From assembly GCF_963921235.1 (NCBI RefSeq), contig NC_086097.1, forward strand, positions 150,042,001 to 150,106,000: a stretch of 64,000 bases of DNA, written 5' to 3'. A model generated the notes under the pieces. That model saw only the letters and a list, made by a program, of their open reading frames with translations, searched no databases and had not been told where the DNA came from. The stretch comes from Mobula hypostoma. Lineage: Eukaryota. Below, one piece after another: positions 1 through 12,229 of this stretch (its first letter is position 1; each line of letters begins with the position of its first letter). The position numbers and the translations under genes are program-made.

Positions 1-212
1 GAGTCAACCCCCGTAGGACAATATTCCAGGGCGCACCAGCTCACTGACATCGTCATGGCCATCTTCAACATTTCAGTTATCCAGGTTGCTGTCCCGTATG
101 CTTCAAATCAGCCAACCTTGTACACTATACACCTTCAGAACTAAATGACTGCTGCCCAGTGGCACTGATGCTATCATCATGAAGTGCTTTGAATGGCTGT
201 TAATGGCAGACA
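1..212 (+). mobile_element. Rex1/Babar-type LINE RT fragment (decayed)
   Basis: Conceptual translation across frameshifts gives IFNIS..VP.CFKS..LND..PVAL..IMKCFE, the RT N-terminal block also seen at 44638-44853 (MMKYFERLV). Confidence 0.7.
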
Positions 213-216
213 TATG

Positions 217-1228
217 GATGATATGAAGATAGACAGAGGGGGCAAGTAGTGTTGAGGAAGCAGAGAATCTGCAGAAGGACTTAGGTAGTTTAGGACAATG
301 GACAAAGAAGTGGTAGATGGAACATAGTGCAGGGAAGTGTAAGGTCATGTGCTTTAGCAGAAGGAATATAGGCATAGCACACACATGAAGGATCTCGGCC
401 CAAAACGTCGACTGTACCTCTTCCAATAGATGCTGCCTGGCCTGCTGCGTTCACCAGCAACTTTTATGTGTGTTGCTTGAAATTCCAGCATCTGCAGATT
501 TCCTCGTGTTTGCGTTTGAATATAGGCATAGACTATTTCTAAATGGGGAGAAAATTCAAAATCAGAGGTGCAAAAGGACTTGTGAGTCCTTGTGCAGGAT
601 TTCCTGAAAGATAGCATGCAGGTTGAGTCGGTGGTAAGGAAGGCAAATGAATTTCAAGAAGACTAGAATATAAGAGCAAGGTTGTAATGCTGAGGCTTTA
701 TAGGATATCAGTCAGACAGCACTCTCTGAGGCCCCTTTTCTGAGGAAAAAAATGTGCTGCTATTGGAGAGTGTCCAGAGGAGGTTCATGAGAATAGTACC
801 AGGAATGAAAGGTTAACGTATAAGGAGAGCTTGATAGCTCTAGGCTTGTACCCGCTGAAGTTTAGAAGAATGAGTGGGGATCTCATTAAAACCTATCGAA
901 TATTGAAAGGCCTAGACAGAGTTTTTGTTTCGTATACTGGGTGAATCTAGAACTAGAGGGTACAGCTTCAGAATAGAGAGATGTCCATTTAGAACAAGAT
1001 GAGGAGGAATTTCTTTAGCCAGAAGGCACTGAATCTGTGGAATTCATTGCCGTATTTAGCTATGGAGGCCAAGTCATTGGTATACTTAAAGCAAAGTTCT
1101 TGATTAGTCAAGGGATCAAAGATTACAGAGAGAAGCAAGAGAATGGGTTTGAAAAAGATAATAACTGATGTAATGGTAGAGCAGACTCAATGGGCCAAAA
1201 TGCCTAATTCTGCTCCTATGTCTTACGG
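217..1228 (+). mobile_element. CR1 LINE 3' fragment, interrupted by a Penelope pLTR piece at 378-517
   Basis: Similar to the 3' part of the CR1 copies at 45356-47100 and 57400-58363; ends in CR1-type 3' UTR gggccaaaatgcctaattctgctcctatgtct. Confidence 0.85.
378..517 (+). mobile_element. Penelope-like pLTR mini-insertion with degenerate hammerhead motif
   Basis: 14-bp TSD GAATATAGGCATAG at 364-377 and 518-531; body near-identical to 9945-10077. Confidence 0.85.
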
Positions 1229-1274
1229 GTTTTTGTTAAAAGCTCAATTCCTGCCACACTGGACACTGACCAAT

Positions 1275-2130
1275 ATGCTTGTCAACAGAACTGTTCTATG
1301 ACAGATGTCATAGCCATAGCTTCTGTTGTGCACCTGGCCCTGACACACTTAGAGACGAGGACACTAACGTCAAAATGCCGTTTCTGGATTTCAGTTTGGC
1401 ATTCAGCACTATTGCCGCAGACTTTATTGAACAAATTTCCGCTCCTCAGTCTAAATGCACCACTGTGCAATTGAACGTTGGACTTTCTAACCAGCAGATC
1501 TCAGACTGGGTAATGAGTACTTCCCTCAGGAAGTGAGACTAATGAATAATCTGCCACTGCTGAGATGTCACTAGGACAGTGAGCTGTTTTCTCTTTACTT
1601 ATCCCAGATGCAGCAGAGAGCATCACCGCATTGTGTGTAAACTGCACTGGCATTAGGAAGGCTTGACAACAGGTAGTTAAGGCTGTCCAATACCTCACCA
1701 GCCTACCCACCATCAAGGACATATACCCAGAAAAATGCCAGACCAAGGCTAGCAACATTGTAAAGGATTCCGCCCCCCCCACCGCACCCTGCTCATGGAC
1801 AGTTTGTCCCACTCCCATCAGGAAGGAGTCTACGTAGCATCCATACCAGGAGCACCAGATTCAAAAACAGTTACTTTCCCTAAGCAGTAAGGTTGATCAA
1901 TGCCTCCACCCACTAACACTCCCAACCACACCCCTCATCACCAATACTTTATCAATTTTTGTCAGTCACATAATATATAGACTCTTCTGTGAGAAGCATC
2001 ACTTTATGAGCATACAATCAATCTATGTAAATATGCTGTCTTATGTGTTTATATTTATTGTGTTTTTATTATTGTGTTCTGCATCTTATTGTTGCTATTT
2101 TGTGCTGCACTGGATCTGGAGAAACATTCA
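1275..2130 (+). mobile_element. Rex1/Babar LINE fragments (RT part and 3' end)
   Basis: ORF 1279-1536 contains VKMPFLDFSLAFSTI; 1750-1900 reads IVKDS..HPAHG..RF.NSYFP, the Rex1 C-terminus. Confidence 0.7.
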
Positions 2131-2139
2131 TTTTGTTCT

Positions 2140-3050
2140 CTACCTCCACACCAGGCACTTATCAGTCCTTGTGTAAAAACATCCCTCTGGCATCTCCTCT
2201 GAACTTTCCTCCAATTTCCCTCTCATTATGCCCTCTGATACTAGTATAACCCTAGATTCGGCTAGCAACTTAATCTAGGGGAAGACAGCCTCCAGTTCGG
2301 CCAAGCTTAAGAAATCTTGCTTGGATGGATGCTGCATGATGTGTTCCCCTGCTACAAATCAGTACCACGAAATAACAAACGGTACACAATATGCATTTAA
2401 ACGATTGAGCTTTATAATTCTTAATTTGACTATATGGTTAGTAAAGAAAATAAAAAAGAGTAAGGGCCCATTCTCATGAAAAAGTCTAATGAGCAACGTT
2501 GGAGCTCACGGTTTTCTAGTCTGTTCATTCTCCATAGATTTTCTCCCTGGGTGTCGACACCCGACCCCATTCCAAGTCCACTCCGTCCTGCAATCTACGA
2601 TTTTCCCAATCTGGCAACTTCTTTCTCCATCTTCCGCTGAACAAAAGACGGCAAAACCTTCTCTCGGGCCCACAAGAAAGAAAAAAACATCTCCCCTCGT
2701 TGGCCAGCGCACATTCCAAAACCCCCGTTATCTCTAGTCATAACCCAAACACTGCGCTACAGAGAAACCATTACATAAGCAGGCAAACCTTTCCCAGCTT
2801 GTTAAACTAGTCATCGCAGCCCTGGGAAAAAAGTGGTGGCTGTCCCGTCTATCAATGCCGCTTATAATGTTATTCATCTCTATCAAGCCACCTGCTCCAG
2901 AGAGAAGAGTCCTAGCATTTTCAACCTTTCCTCATAAGAGGTGTTCTCTAATCCAGGCAGTGTCCTGGTAAATTTCCTCTGCACCCCTTCTATTTTTTCC
3001 TCATCCTTACAATAATGAAGTGACCAGAACCAGGGAATACTCCAAGAGTG
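2140..3050 (-). mobile_element. CR1 3' fragment split by a solo LTR
   Basis: Flanks tgccctctgatactag and tcatcgcagccctgggaaaaaag join into continuous CR1 3' sequence (compare the reverse complement of 18570-18610). Confidence 0.7.
2245..2806. mobile_element. Solo LTR, 562 bp
   Basis: Termini TATAAC...GTTAAA (decayed TGTAAC...GTTACA); 4-bp TSD CTAG at 2241-2244 and 2807-2810; interrupts a CR1. Confidence 0.75.
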
Positions 3051-3054
3051 ACCT

Positions 3055-3293
3055 TTATTTATTTATTTTTAGAGATATAGCGTGGTAACCAGCTCTTCTG
3101 GCCCAATGACTCATTACAACCAAGTGAACAGTTCACCTGGCTACTTGTACATCTTTGGAATGTGGGGTAAACTGGAGCATCCAGAGGAAATGTATAGTCC
3201 TGGGGAGAACATTGAAACTCCGTATGGACGGCTGCGGATTTGAGCCCAGTTCGCTAATGATGTAAAAGCGTTACGCTAACTGCAACACTACTG
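3055..3293 (-). mobile_element. tRNA-derived SINE
   Basis: Minus strand has a tRNA-like head (gtagtgttgcagttagcgtaacgc...ggctcaaatcc) and a (TAAA)n tail; similar to 6788-7025 and 23526-23760. Confidence 0.75.
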
Positions 3294-3934
3294 TCAAACA
3301 ACCAAATGTTCAGGAGTCTATTAGTATTGCGTTTGAGTGAACACAGCTCCGTCATTCTTTTGTTCAACAAATACACTTTGACCTGCACCTTCCAAGTCAT
3401 TTAAAAAATATAAGTATTAGTAGCAGGGAGTGCAAACATCCTTTTACTGAAATTCAGCCAAAGAATATGATATAGAAGCCTTTTTTTCTTCTCTCTTCTA
3501 CATAAGGGTCCTAAATAGAGTGAACTTTAAGTTCTCATCTTTCTGTTAGCAATGACATTATGGGTCATAAGCAGCTAAACTTTTCCATGAACTATCCATT
3601 TTACACATAAAAGATGACTCATACAAAAAATGGAAACATCACAGGTTTACTAGTCATTCATCTGTGATGCAAACATTGGTGACCTTGTTTGCGCAGAGAC
3701 GAACCACCACCATATGTCAAAATAATTTATTGTCTGTGAAGAAATTAGAGATGTTTCTCAGAAGGATCTGAAGAAATTATATTAATGCATGTTCTTTCTT
3801 ATATTTCCCTCCTATTTGTACAATTGAGAAACCCAGTTGAGCTTTCTATAGCACCCTATTGCCTTTTCCCATCCTCCCTCGATTTCAGCATCAATGTGCG
3901 GTTTCAGGGCATGTGTTGTGTTCTGTGTAAATTC

Positions 3935-5800
3935 ATAATGCAATCCAGTGAGTGAGTAAGTGAGGCCTCCAGCAGCCAGCTGATGGTGGATATTGCATCC
4001 TAGCTGTGTAGATACACGAGCCAGGACAGTATGATACGGTGGGCAACCTATTGCCCATGTAACAAGCTCCCCCCTCCACACATCTGATGAACCCAAAGCA
4101 ATGACAGAAACCGAAACAGTTTAGTACCAGCAGCATCGCAGGAATTGCCATTCAGCATTGAACTCAATGTAGGACTGCCTTAGGTACTCCAACTCAGGGA
4201 CCCTCCTGACATCTTCCTTATGAATGGATATTGAATTGAATTGAATTGGCTTTATTTCTTACATCCTTCACATACATGAGTAAAAACCTTCAGGCTATGT
4301 CTCCATCTAAATATGCAATATGCAAATTATAGTAATTTGTAATAAATAGTACGTACAACAGGACAGTCAATGTAGCATGGAAATACAATTGTGTCAGCGT
4401 GAATTAATCAGTGTGATGGCCTGGTGGAGGAAGCTGTCCCGGAGCCTGTTGGTCCTGGCTGTTATGCTGCGGTACCGTTTCCCAGATGGCAGCAGCTGGG
4501 ACAGTTTGTGGTTGGGGTGACTCGGGTCCCCAATGATCTTTCGGGCCCTTTTTACACACCTGTCTTTGTAAATGTCCTGAATAGTGAGAAGTTCACATCA
4601 CTCTCAGCAGAGTCCTGGAATTGAGGGAAGTACTATTCCCATATCAGGCAGTGATACAGCCAGTCAGGATGCTCTCAATTGTGCCCCTATAGAAAGTCCT
4701 TAGGATTTGGGGACCCATACAAAACTTTCAACCCTCTGAGGTGAAAGAGGTGCTGTTGTGATTTTTTTCACCACGCAGTTAGTATGTGCAGACCACATGA
4801 GATCCTCGGTGATGTGTATGCTGAGGAACTTAAAGCTGTTCACTCGCTCAACCCCAGATCCATTGATGTCAATAGGAGTTAGCCTGTCTCCATTCCTCGT
4901 ATAGCTCACAACCAGCTCCTATGCTTTTGCGACATTGAGGGAAAGGTTGTTTACTTGACACCACTGTGTCAGGGTGATAACTTCTTCTCCATAGGCTGCC
5001 TCATTATTACTTGAGATAAGGCCAATTAATGTAGTATCATCAGCAAATTTAGTTAGCAGATTGGAGCTGTGGGTGGTGACATAGTCATGTGTATACAGAG
5101 AGTAAAGGAGAGGGCTTAGGACACAGCCCTGAGGGGCACCTGTGTTGAGGGTCAGAGGGGCAGAGGTGAGGGAGCCCACTCTTACCACCTGCTGGCAATC
5201 TGACAGGAAATCCAAGATCCAACTGCACAAGGCAGGGTGAAGGCTGAGGTCTCTGAGCTTCTTCTCAAGCCTGGATGGTATTGAGAGTTTTAATGATCTC
5301 CCCAGGACTGCACATTTCCTCTGGATGCTCCAGTTTGCCCTGCATTCCAAAGATGTACAAGTTGGATGGAATTATGGTATTGAATGCTGAACTGTAGCCG
5401 AAGAACAGCGTTCTCACATAAGCATCCTTCTCCTCTAGATGTGTAAGGACGGCATGTAAAATTGTGCCTCTTCGTCATCTGTTGTTCAGTTGTGTCGGTA
5501 GGCAAACAATAGATATAGCCACAAGACAGTGGAGGTTTGAGATCAGAGTTTTCTTTCTCCTAACTGAACTGCCAACAACAGCTGACAAGCCCCATCTGCC
5601 CAAAGCGATTGGTTTTAAAGCGTCAGTAACTGTCGGTAGAAGCAGTTCAGCCAGGCTGAGTAGCGAAGCCACACGTGACAGCCAGGAGCTGGATTTAGTT
5701 GTCAGAGGCTCATTGAGATGCACCCTATTGAAAGCATTTATTGGTAATGGGAGCTTGTCTCCACTACCTCCCCCAGCTGCAGCAACCTTAAGGAATCCAG
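3935..5800 (-). mobile_element. RTE-derived non-autonomous element (3935-4231 plus 5508-5800) split by a Rex1 insertion
   Basis: Minus strand has the RTE-type 5' UTR motif AGGAGAAAGAAAACTCTGATCTCAAACC; segment 4040-4140 resembles the RTE-like part of the SINE at 53380-53480; near-TSD AATGGATAT/AATAGATAT flanks the Rex1 insert. Confidence 0.6.
4232..5507 (-). mobile_element. Rex1/Babar LINE, 5'-truncated
   Basis: ORF 4919-5350: [33 protein letters not shown]; (CAATT)n tail. Confidence 0.92.
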
Positions 5801-5887
5801 TCAGTAAGAAAATAAATATTATAATAATTTACTTTATTCAGTTCCAAATTGACATATACTAACCATACAAGAATTATCCAGACTTTT

Positions 5888-6549
5888 CATCCAGAAAATC
5901 ATGAGGAATGGGATCCAGGGAATCTTGGCGGCATGGATTTGCAACTGATTTGTCCTCAGAACGCAGCGGTAGTAATACATGGAGCATGATCTGCCAGGTG
6001 TTTGGAGACTAGTGGTGCTCCAGAAGAGTCTGTACTGTGACAGCTGCTCTTTGAGCTTGTTGTGACATGGATGAGGGAGTGGAAGGGGTGGGTTAGTAAG
6101 TTTTCAGATGACCACGAAGGTTGATGGTGTTGTGGATAGAGTAGAAATTTGTCATAGATTGCAACAGGACCTAGACAGGATGCAAAGCTGGGCTGAGAAA
6201 TGGCAGAAGCAGTTCAGTCCAGATAACACACATCAAAGTTGCTGGTGAACACAGCAGGCCAGGCAGCATCTCTAGGAAGAGGTACAGTCGACGTTTCAGG
6301 CTGAGATCCTTCGTCAGTCCAGATAAGTGTGATTTGCTTTGGAAGGTTGAATTTGAAGTAATAGTACAGAGTATTGTGAGCATGATTCTTAGCAGTGTGG
6401 AGGAATAGAGGGATCTTGGGGCCCAGGTCTGTAAATTTGTCAAAGCTGGCGGACAACTTGATAGAGTGGTTAAGAAGGTGTATGGTGTGTTGGCCTTCGT
6501 TAGCTGGGGGATTATGAGATAAGTTTGCAGCTCTATAAAATTCTGGTTA
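5888..6549 (+). mobile_element. Decayed CR1 RT fragment
   Basis: Similar to 17760-18330; contains gggttagtaagttttcagatgacc (WVSKFxDD). Confidence 0.8.
6227..6313 (-). mobile_element. Penelope pLTR mini-insertion with hammerhead core
   Basis: 13-bp TSD TCAGTCCAGATAA at 6214-6226 and 6314-6326; minus strand reads CTGACGAAGGATCTCAGCCTGAAACGTCGAC, with its first bases overlapping the TSD. Confidence 0.85.
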
Positions 6550-6554
6550 TATTC

Positions 6555-6609
6555 GGGGATGTATCTCAGTGCATCTAGGAAATCCCGGGTTCAATCCCTG
6601 CCACTTCCA
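6555..6609 (+). pseudogene. tRNA-Ala-like pseudogene or SINE head with internal deletion
   Basis: GGGGATGTATCTCAGTG...CCCGGGTTCAATCCCTGCCACTTCCA matches the 5' end, B box and 3' end of vertebrate tRNA-Ala; the D/anticodon part is deleted. Confidence 0.6.
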
Positions 6610-6787
6610 CTTGTGTGGTCAAGTACACTGAATATCACATTGGACTTCTGGGGGAAGTCCGACCAGAGTTCCGAACAAAATCAGAGGGTGGAACCTAAAC
6701 CAGAGCCTCGGTGAGCTGGAACATGGCAGATGACAAGTAGAGTTTTCTCCAGTGTCTTCCACATTAACCTACAGCTTCATGCTGCTA

Positions 6788-7025
6788 GGGGCAACACAGT
6801 GGCATGGCAGTTAGCGTGATGCTATTGTGGTGCTTGCCATCTGTAAGGAGATTGTACTTCTCCCCGTAACTGTGTGGGTTCCCTCTGTTTTTCTCCACTT
6901 TCCTGCCGTATTCAAAAGACACAGGGGATGGTAGGTTAATTGGTCACGTGGATGGAATTGGGCAGAGTGGACGCTTGGGCCGGAAGGGCCTGTAGCCATG
7001 GTGTATCTCTAGATAAATAAAATTA
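6788..7025 (+). mobile_element. tRNA-derived SINE
   Basis: A-box-like GTGGCATGGCAGTTAGC, shared SINE body, CR1-like 3' end gggccggaagggcctg, ATAAATAAA tail. Confidence 0.75.
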
Positions 7026-9892
7026 ATAATGGAATTTGAAGGATGAGGGAATAATTCTATGAAATAATGCTAAGCTAATGGTGATAATCTTGCCTGAAGG
7101 CTGAGCAGGTTCAAAGGGCAGATGGTCTAGTCCTTACCCTTGTTTTAGCTTTTATGTTCTAGATAATGTTACGTTATCGCAAGAAAGACAAGATATGGTG
7201 GTTTTCTGTGGTTTATTGTAATAATACCAATAATCATAAAGTCATTTATTACTGAGCACTAAAATACTCCTATCCAGTTCAGACTCTGAGGAGAGTAATT
7301 GATAATGCACCACATCATTAAAAGATAAGAGGAAGACTGAGCAATGGGAAGCAGATCAATTGTATAAAAATAAAGGATGAGCCTGACTGAACAAATAAAC
7401 AGCTCCACTCAAATCAATGGCTTTCTAAGGAAAGCGTTATAGTGATATAGCATTATACTATAGCATTATAGTAAATATGTGAGGTGTACACCAGCTGGAC
7501 AATCTGCCACTGTTCACTGAAATTCCAAGAATTTGAAGTTGAATTTCATTTCCATTTCACTAAGGAATAAAGGAAGGAAGGGAAGGTCTTCATTAATGAT
7601 GAGAGTCAACATAACAACTAACAGCATTTACATTACCTCCTTCATGTCCTCAGAATACTGAATCCAGGTTAAAGACTAGTCTAGCACATCTCACCCTCTG
7701 CAAAACTGCATGTTTTTATTTTATCCCCATCAGTTACTTATCTAGTCTAATTTTAAATGACACAATTGAATTTGCCTCTTTTTCTTACCTGGAAGTATTG
7801 CCAGGACATTGAGCCAGCAGCTTTCCAGTAAATTCTACTCAAAAATGGATCTTGGTTTTAGAGTGGCCCTTGCATACCAAGGGAAACCTTTAACAGATTT
7901 ACAGAGTCCAAGAATTTAATTAAAAGATCACCTTGAAACTTCTGCCAAGTTTATGTGTGGGACTATCCAAACCTATTTAAAGATGAACTTACTTATGAAT
8001 ATTTACATTCCAACTTGTTTTAGTCAGATCTAGAGTAATAAGCAGAAACAAATGAGGTGGGAGACAGGAGAGTCAGCAAGCCTGCATTAAAAAGTTGCAC
8101 TGTGAAACCGCCTATTGCCAATGTGTGTGTGAAACATGAAAGATTGATGATGAAGGAGGCCTAATTTAGAAATCTTTACATCAGGCCTTGGTGATTTTCC
8201 AAGAGCCCATATTATGTACGTGCACTGAAAGTAACTCAAACTGAGGAAGAGTTCAAGGTTCAAGAGCTTTTTGACTATTTACCAGCTGACCTTTACTCAG
8301 CTTAGGTTACTCAGTTTTACATTACTCATCTTGATTCATTGCTGACAGGATTTCTCTGCAGATCAACAGCACTCTAATAACTTCTACAAATGGCAGCCTA
8401 GTATTTTCCGGATCTAACTTCCAGTAGGACATGTCAAAAGGTGATCCGGTTCGGAAACACTGGACTTCTTTTTTCCTTTCATTACGGCAGACAGTGAGAC
8501 CACTTGTATTGCAGTGTGGAGGTGAGGACAGAGGCCGACTGGGTTTGGCTCTGCCTTTTACAACTTTGCAGCTTACTGGACTAAGTTAGTTATGAAGGAA
8601 GTTAAAAGCTGGTAATTAACAAACATTAAAAAAAAAACAAAAATTAAACAAAATTATTGCCAATATTTTCCAGCCATAGGTAGCTTCCACTTGTTTCCAT
8701 CTGCCTAAACAGAGAAACGATGAGGAAATATTAACACATATGTAGGGAGATACTTTATATTAATGAACTACTATTTTAGTTTCAAGGGGCAATCCAAATG
8801 TTGAGCTAAGCAAACTTCTACTAGATGAAACCAGACCTAGTTTAAGTAGGTTTAGATTTTCAAATATGATTGGTTGTTGTGTTTTTTTTAAATGCTTGAA
8901 GGCATCAATGGTTAGGCCACTATTGAATCCCCACTCCTAATCACCTTGAGAAAGAGGTGGAGGAACTCCCAGAGTGCAGTCGATGGGGGAGTTCTATAAA
9001 GTAAACCCACATAAGTGTATGAATGATCATATGTTTCCCGTGTGTGACCTACAACAGAACTTGCAGCTGGTGTAGCTCTTTTGCTGCTGCCGACCTTGAA
9101 CTTCTTGTGAACAGAGTTGCTGGAAATACCAGGTACTGTCAAAAGTTGGCTGATTTATTTTAAGGAACCCCATAATTATAGGGACTTTTCTAAAACTTCT
9201 GTCAGTTCCTTACAGGAAATTTCTGAAAACTTGTCTGCATTGTAGAGAATCTTTTCTGAAACATTTGACCATCTCTTTGCTTATTCATAGTACTAACTCA
9301 CACTGAAGCATTGTTCCTTAAGAAATAGGGCTAGAATTCTGCCATTTGATTTCTTGAGCTTTTCCTGCCCAGAACTCAAAAAAGCATGTGAAAGATGTAC
9401 GCTAAAATGGATCTTTTGTTGTATTTGTGCTCATTCATATAAATATTGTACATAATGTAATGCTCAATTTATGTTTTTCTTATGAATGTGCCCATGATAC
9501 TGCTAAAAGTAAGTTTGTCATTCCAGTTCTGCTTATTACTTGATGTTGATTTTGACTTTGATATCAGAATCAATTGTAACACTGAGGTCCTGGTGGATTT
9601 CTCTGGAGAATGGAAAAGATCTCCAGGAACTAGCTGCAGCAGATTAATGGGCTCCTTCAACTAACTTCAAAGAAAAATATGCCTAGGAAATGAATGGTGC
9701 CTAGATGGTCCCAATCAGCGGTGAGAGCAGCGTAGAGAGGAGGTTTCTCACAGGTCGGTGATACTCATTTAAAGGTAGAACTTTGCAGGCATTTGGGTGT
9801 CATTCCAGCAGCCCGAAAACCTGTCTCACTCCATCAATGTGCCTTTACCCCAAATACCTTTGGTTAACAAGGTTCCAGAAACATCAGGCATT

Positions 9893-10215
9893 CTCCCCCT
9901 CCCCCTCTCAAATCTCTTATATCTCTTCTTTCAGTTAGTCCTGACGAAGGGTCTCAGCCTGAAACGTCGACTGTACCTCTTCCTAGAGATGCTGCCTGAC
10001 CTGCTGCGTTCACCAGCAATTTTTATGTGTGTTGCTTGAAATTCCAGCATCTGCAGATTTCCTCGTGTTTGCGTTTTTAAATTCACTACTGCGAAGCCTC
10101 TTCCGGTGATGCCTACACTGAAGAAGTTTAAATCTGCTCTTCGATGGGAGTTTAGGGAAACCATCTCTCACTGTTCCCCATCTATAATTTCTTCAGCCCT
10201 TCAACTTTTCCATCT
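9893..10215 (+). mobile_element. Penelope-like pLTR plus probable start of the ORF
   Basis: Longest copy of the pLTR family in the window; contains an intact hammerhead motif and continues into ORF MPTLKKFKSALRWEF. Confidence 0.8.
9937..9972 (+). ncRNA. Minimal type I hammerhead ribozyme motif
   Basis: AGTC-CTGACGA-AGG(GTCTCAG)CCT-GAAA-CGTC-GACT: stem I AGTC/GACT, conserved CUGANGA and GAAA boxes, GUC triplet, palindromic ACGT in place of stem III. Confidence 0.75.
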
Positions 10216-10680
10216 GCTCTGCCGTATATATTCAGAAATCAATGGACTTTTACCCCAATGTCCCTTTGTTCAACAACATTCCCTCAGATTCTACCATTTA
10301 CTAACCTTGTTTGCCCTCCCAAAACATATCATTTCCACCTGTCTGGATTAAACACCATTTGTCATTGCTGTGCCAAACCTTCTAGCTGATATCCTGTACG
10401 TCCTGCTGTAGACCTAAATAATCTTCCTCACTATCTAATTTTCATATCACCTGGAAACCTACTTACCACATTTCCTAAAATCACATATAGGTAATTAATT
10501 TACATATATCACAAACATCAAAGTTCACAGCACCAATCTTTGTGGTACACCACTGGTCACAGAATTCCAATCAGAAAATCAACTCTCCAACACCACCCTC
10601 TGCTTCCTATTACCAATCTGATCTGGAGTTCAATTTGCCAGCCTGGCTGGATCCTATAGGTTCAAGCTTTTGGATGTTCA
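10216..10680 (-). mobile_element. Old CR1 RT fragment
   Basis: tgtggtacaccactggtcac is the reverse complement of VTSGVPQ; degraded. Confidence 0.65.
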
Positions 10681-11469
10681 GAAAATACAGTTCTCTGGTG
10701 CTAGGGAACAAACAGTGTTCTTCACTCCAAGCCTACAAATACTGCAGAAGCAGGGCATTGGGTTCATACTATCTGTGCAGATGTTTACGTTGAATTTGAA
10801 CTTCATTCCTTTCTACTTTATCTAATCTAATCCAAGCAGCACCTTTTAAGCTTCTTGTGCCAAACTCTTGCGTTAAACGTGTACGTGGGTGGGTGGGGGG
10901 TTGGGAGTGCAAACTATGGAAGTGGCTCCTGAAACTCTCCCTTTCATTTGGCAACAGCTACTGGTACAGGTTCACAGCGGTTAAGGGATAACACTGAGTG
11001 CCTGTGTAAATGGGTATACAAGACAAAGTGTAAAAGTCAGTAAAATTAAAAAAAGAGATTCAGGCATTTGTGCTAGAGGGAAGGCATTTAAACCAAGCTA
11101 AAAATACAAACAGTCCTTTTGGCACCCTGTGGAGCTTATTATCTTTAAGAAACAACAACAAAAACAACCATATAGAAAAGTTAATCAGCCAAGGTCTTTG
11201 GTTTGGGTTTTGGAAAACCATTTGCTTTATCTGATTAATCATATCTAAATGTCTGTTAGTACAGGTAATATTAGTTAATCATTTATTTCTTGCTTTGTTG
11301 GAAAGAACATAGGTAAAGCTCATGCAAGTGTTAAGGGATTTTTAATTAATCTTTTTGGGCATCATGTTTTTGTTGTATTTGTTGGGCATATCTGGTTTCC
11401 CTTGGAATTGAACTATTTTCTTGAACTGCCATGTCCTTCCAGTGTAGGAACTCCCACAAGACTTCAGAG

Positions 11470-11890
11470 GAGTTACTCAAACAGCAATATCATCAAGGAC
11501 CCCACCCATCCTGCTCGTGGACTGTTTTGTCCCACTCCTATCAGGGAAGAGGTTACACAGCACCCACACCAGGACCACCAGATTCGAAAACAATTACTTT
11601 CCTCAAGTTATCAGGCAGCACGCCGCCCATTAACACACTTCAACCCCCACCACCACAATTTTATCATTTCCTGTCAGTCACCTTACATACAAATACTCCA
11701 GTACACCTTGTGTACATACAGTCTAAGTGTATAAGCTAATCTTATAGTTGTGATTTTTGTGTGCTTTTATTGTGTTGTTTATGCTTATTGTGCTTCTTTA
11801 TGCTGCATCAGATCTGGAGTAACAATCATTTCATTTTCCTTTACACTTGTGCACTGACAAATGACAATAAACAATCTTGAATCTTGAATT
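11470..11890 (+). mobile_element. Rex1 3' fragment
   Basis: NIIKDPTHPARGLF motif; AATAAA followed by an (AATCTTG)n tail. Confidence 0.8.
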
Positions 11891-12229
11891 ATTAAAGCAT
11901 GAGAAAGTACTTTCAAAACAGGATGATATCCAACAGGAAAGGCAAGCTGCATGTCACTTTCCAATTCACCAGAAATCTCTGCCTTTCTTGCTAGTGGAGA
12001 TCATCGATTTGGGTGATGACCTTAGAGTAGGTCTAGATGAGCAACTAGAATGTGGTTTATTGATGGTACACACCGCAGCCACACACTCTGATGATGGACA
12101 CAATGAACAATTAGGGTGCAGAGAAGATGGCGATCAAATAAACTATTTTGTCCTGGATGGTTTCAAGCTTCTAGAGTGTTGTAATGACTTTCCACACAAG
12201 TGGAGAGTATTTATTAGCATCATTAATTT

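Noticed and set aside
4085..4122. CTGATGA...GAAAC resembling a hammerhead core
   Set aside because: The intervening sequence cannot form stem II, no flanking stems are evident, and it is antisense to the host RTE-derived element
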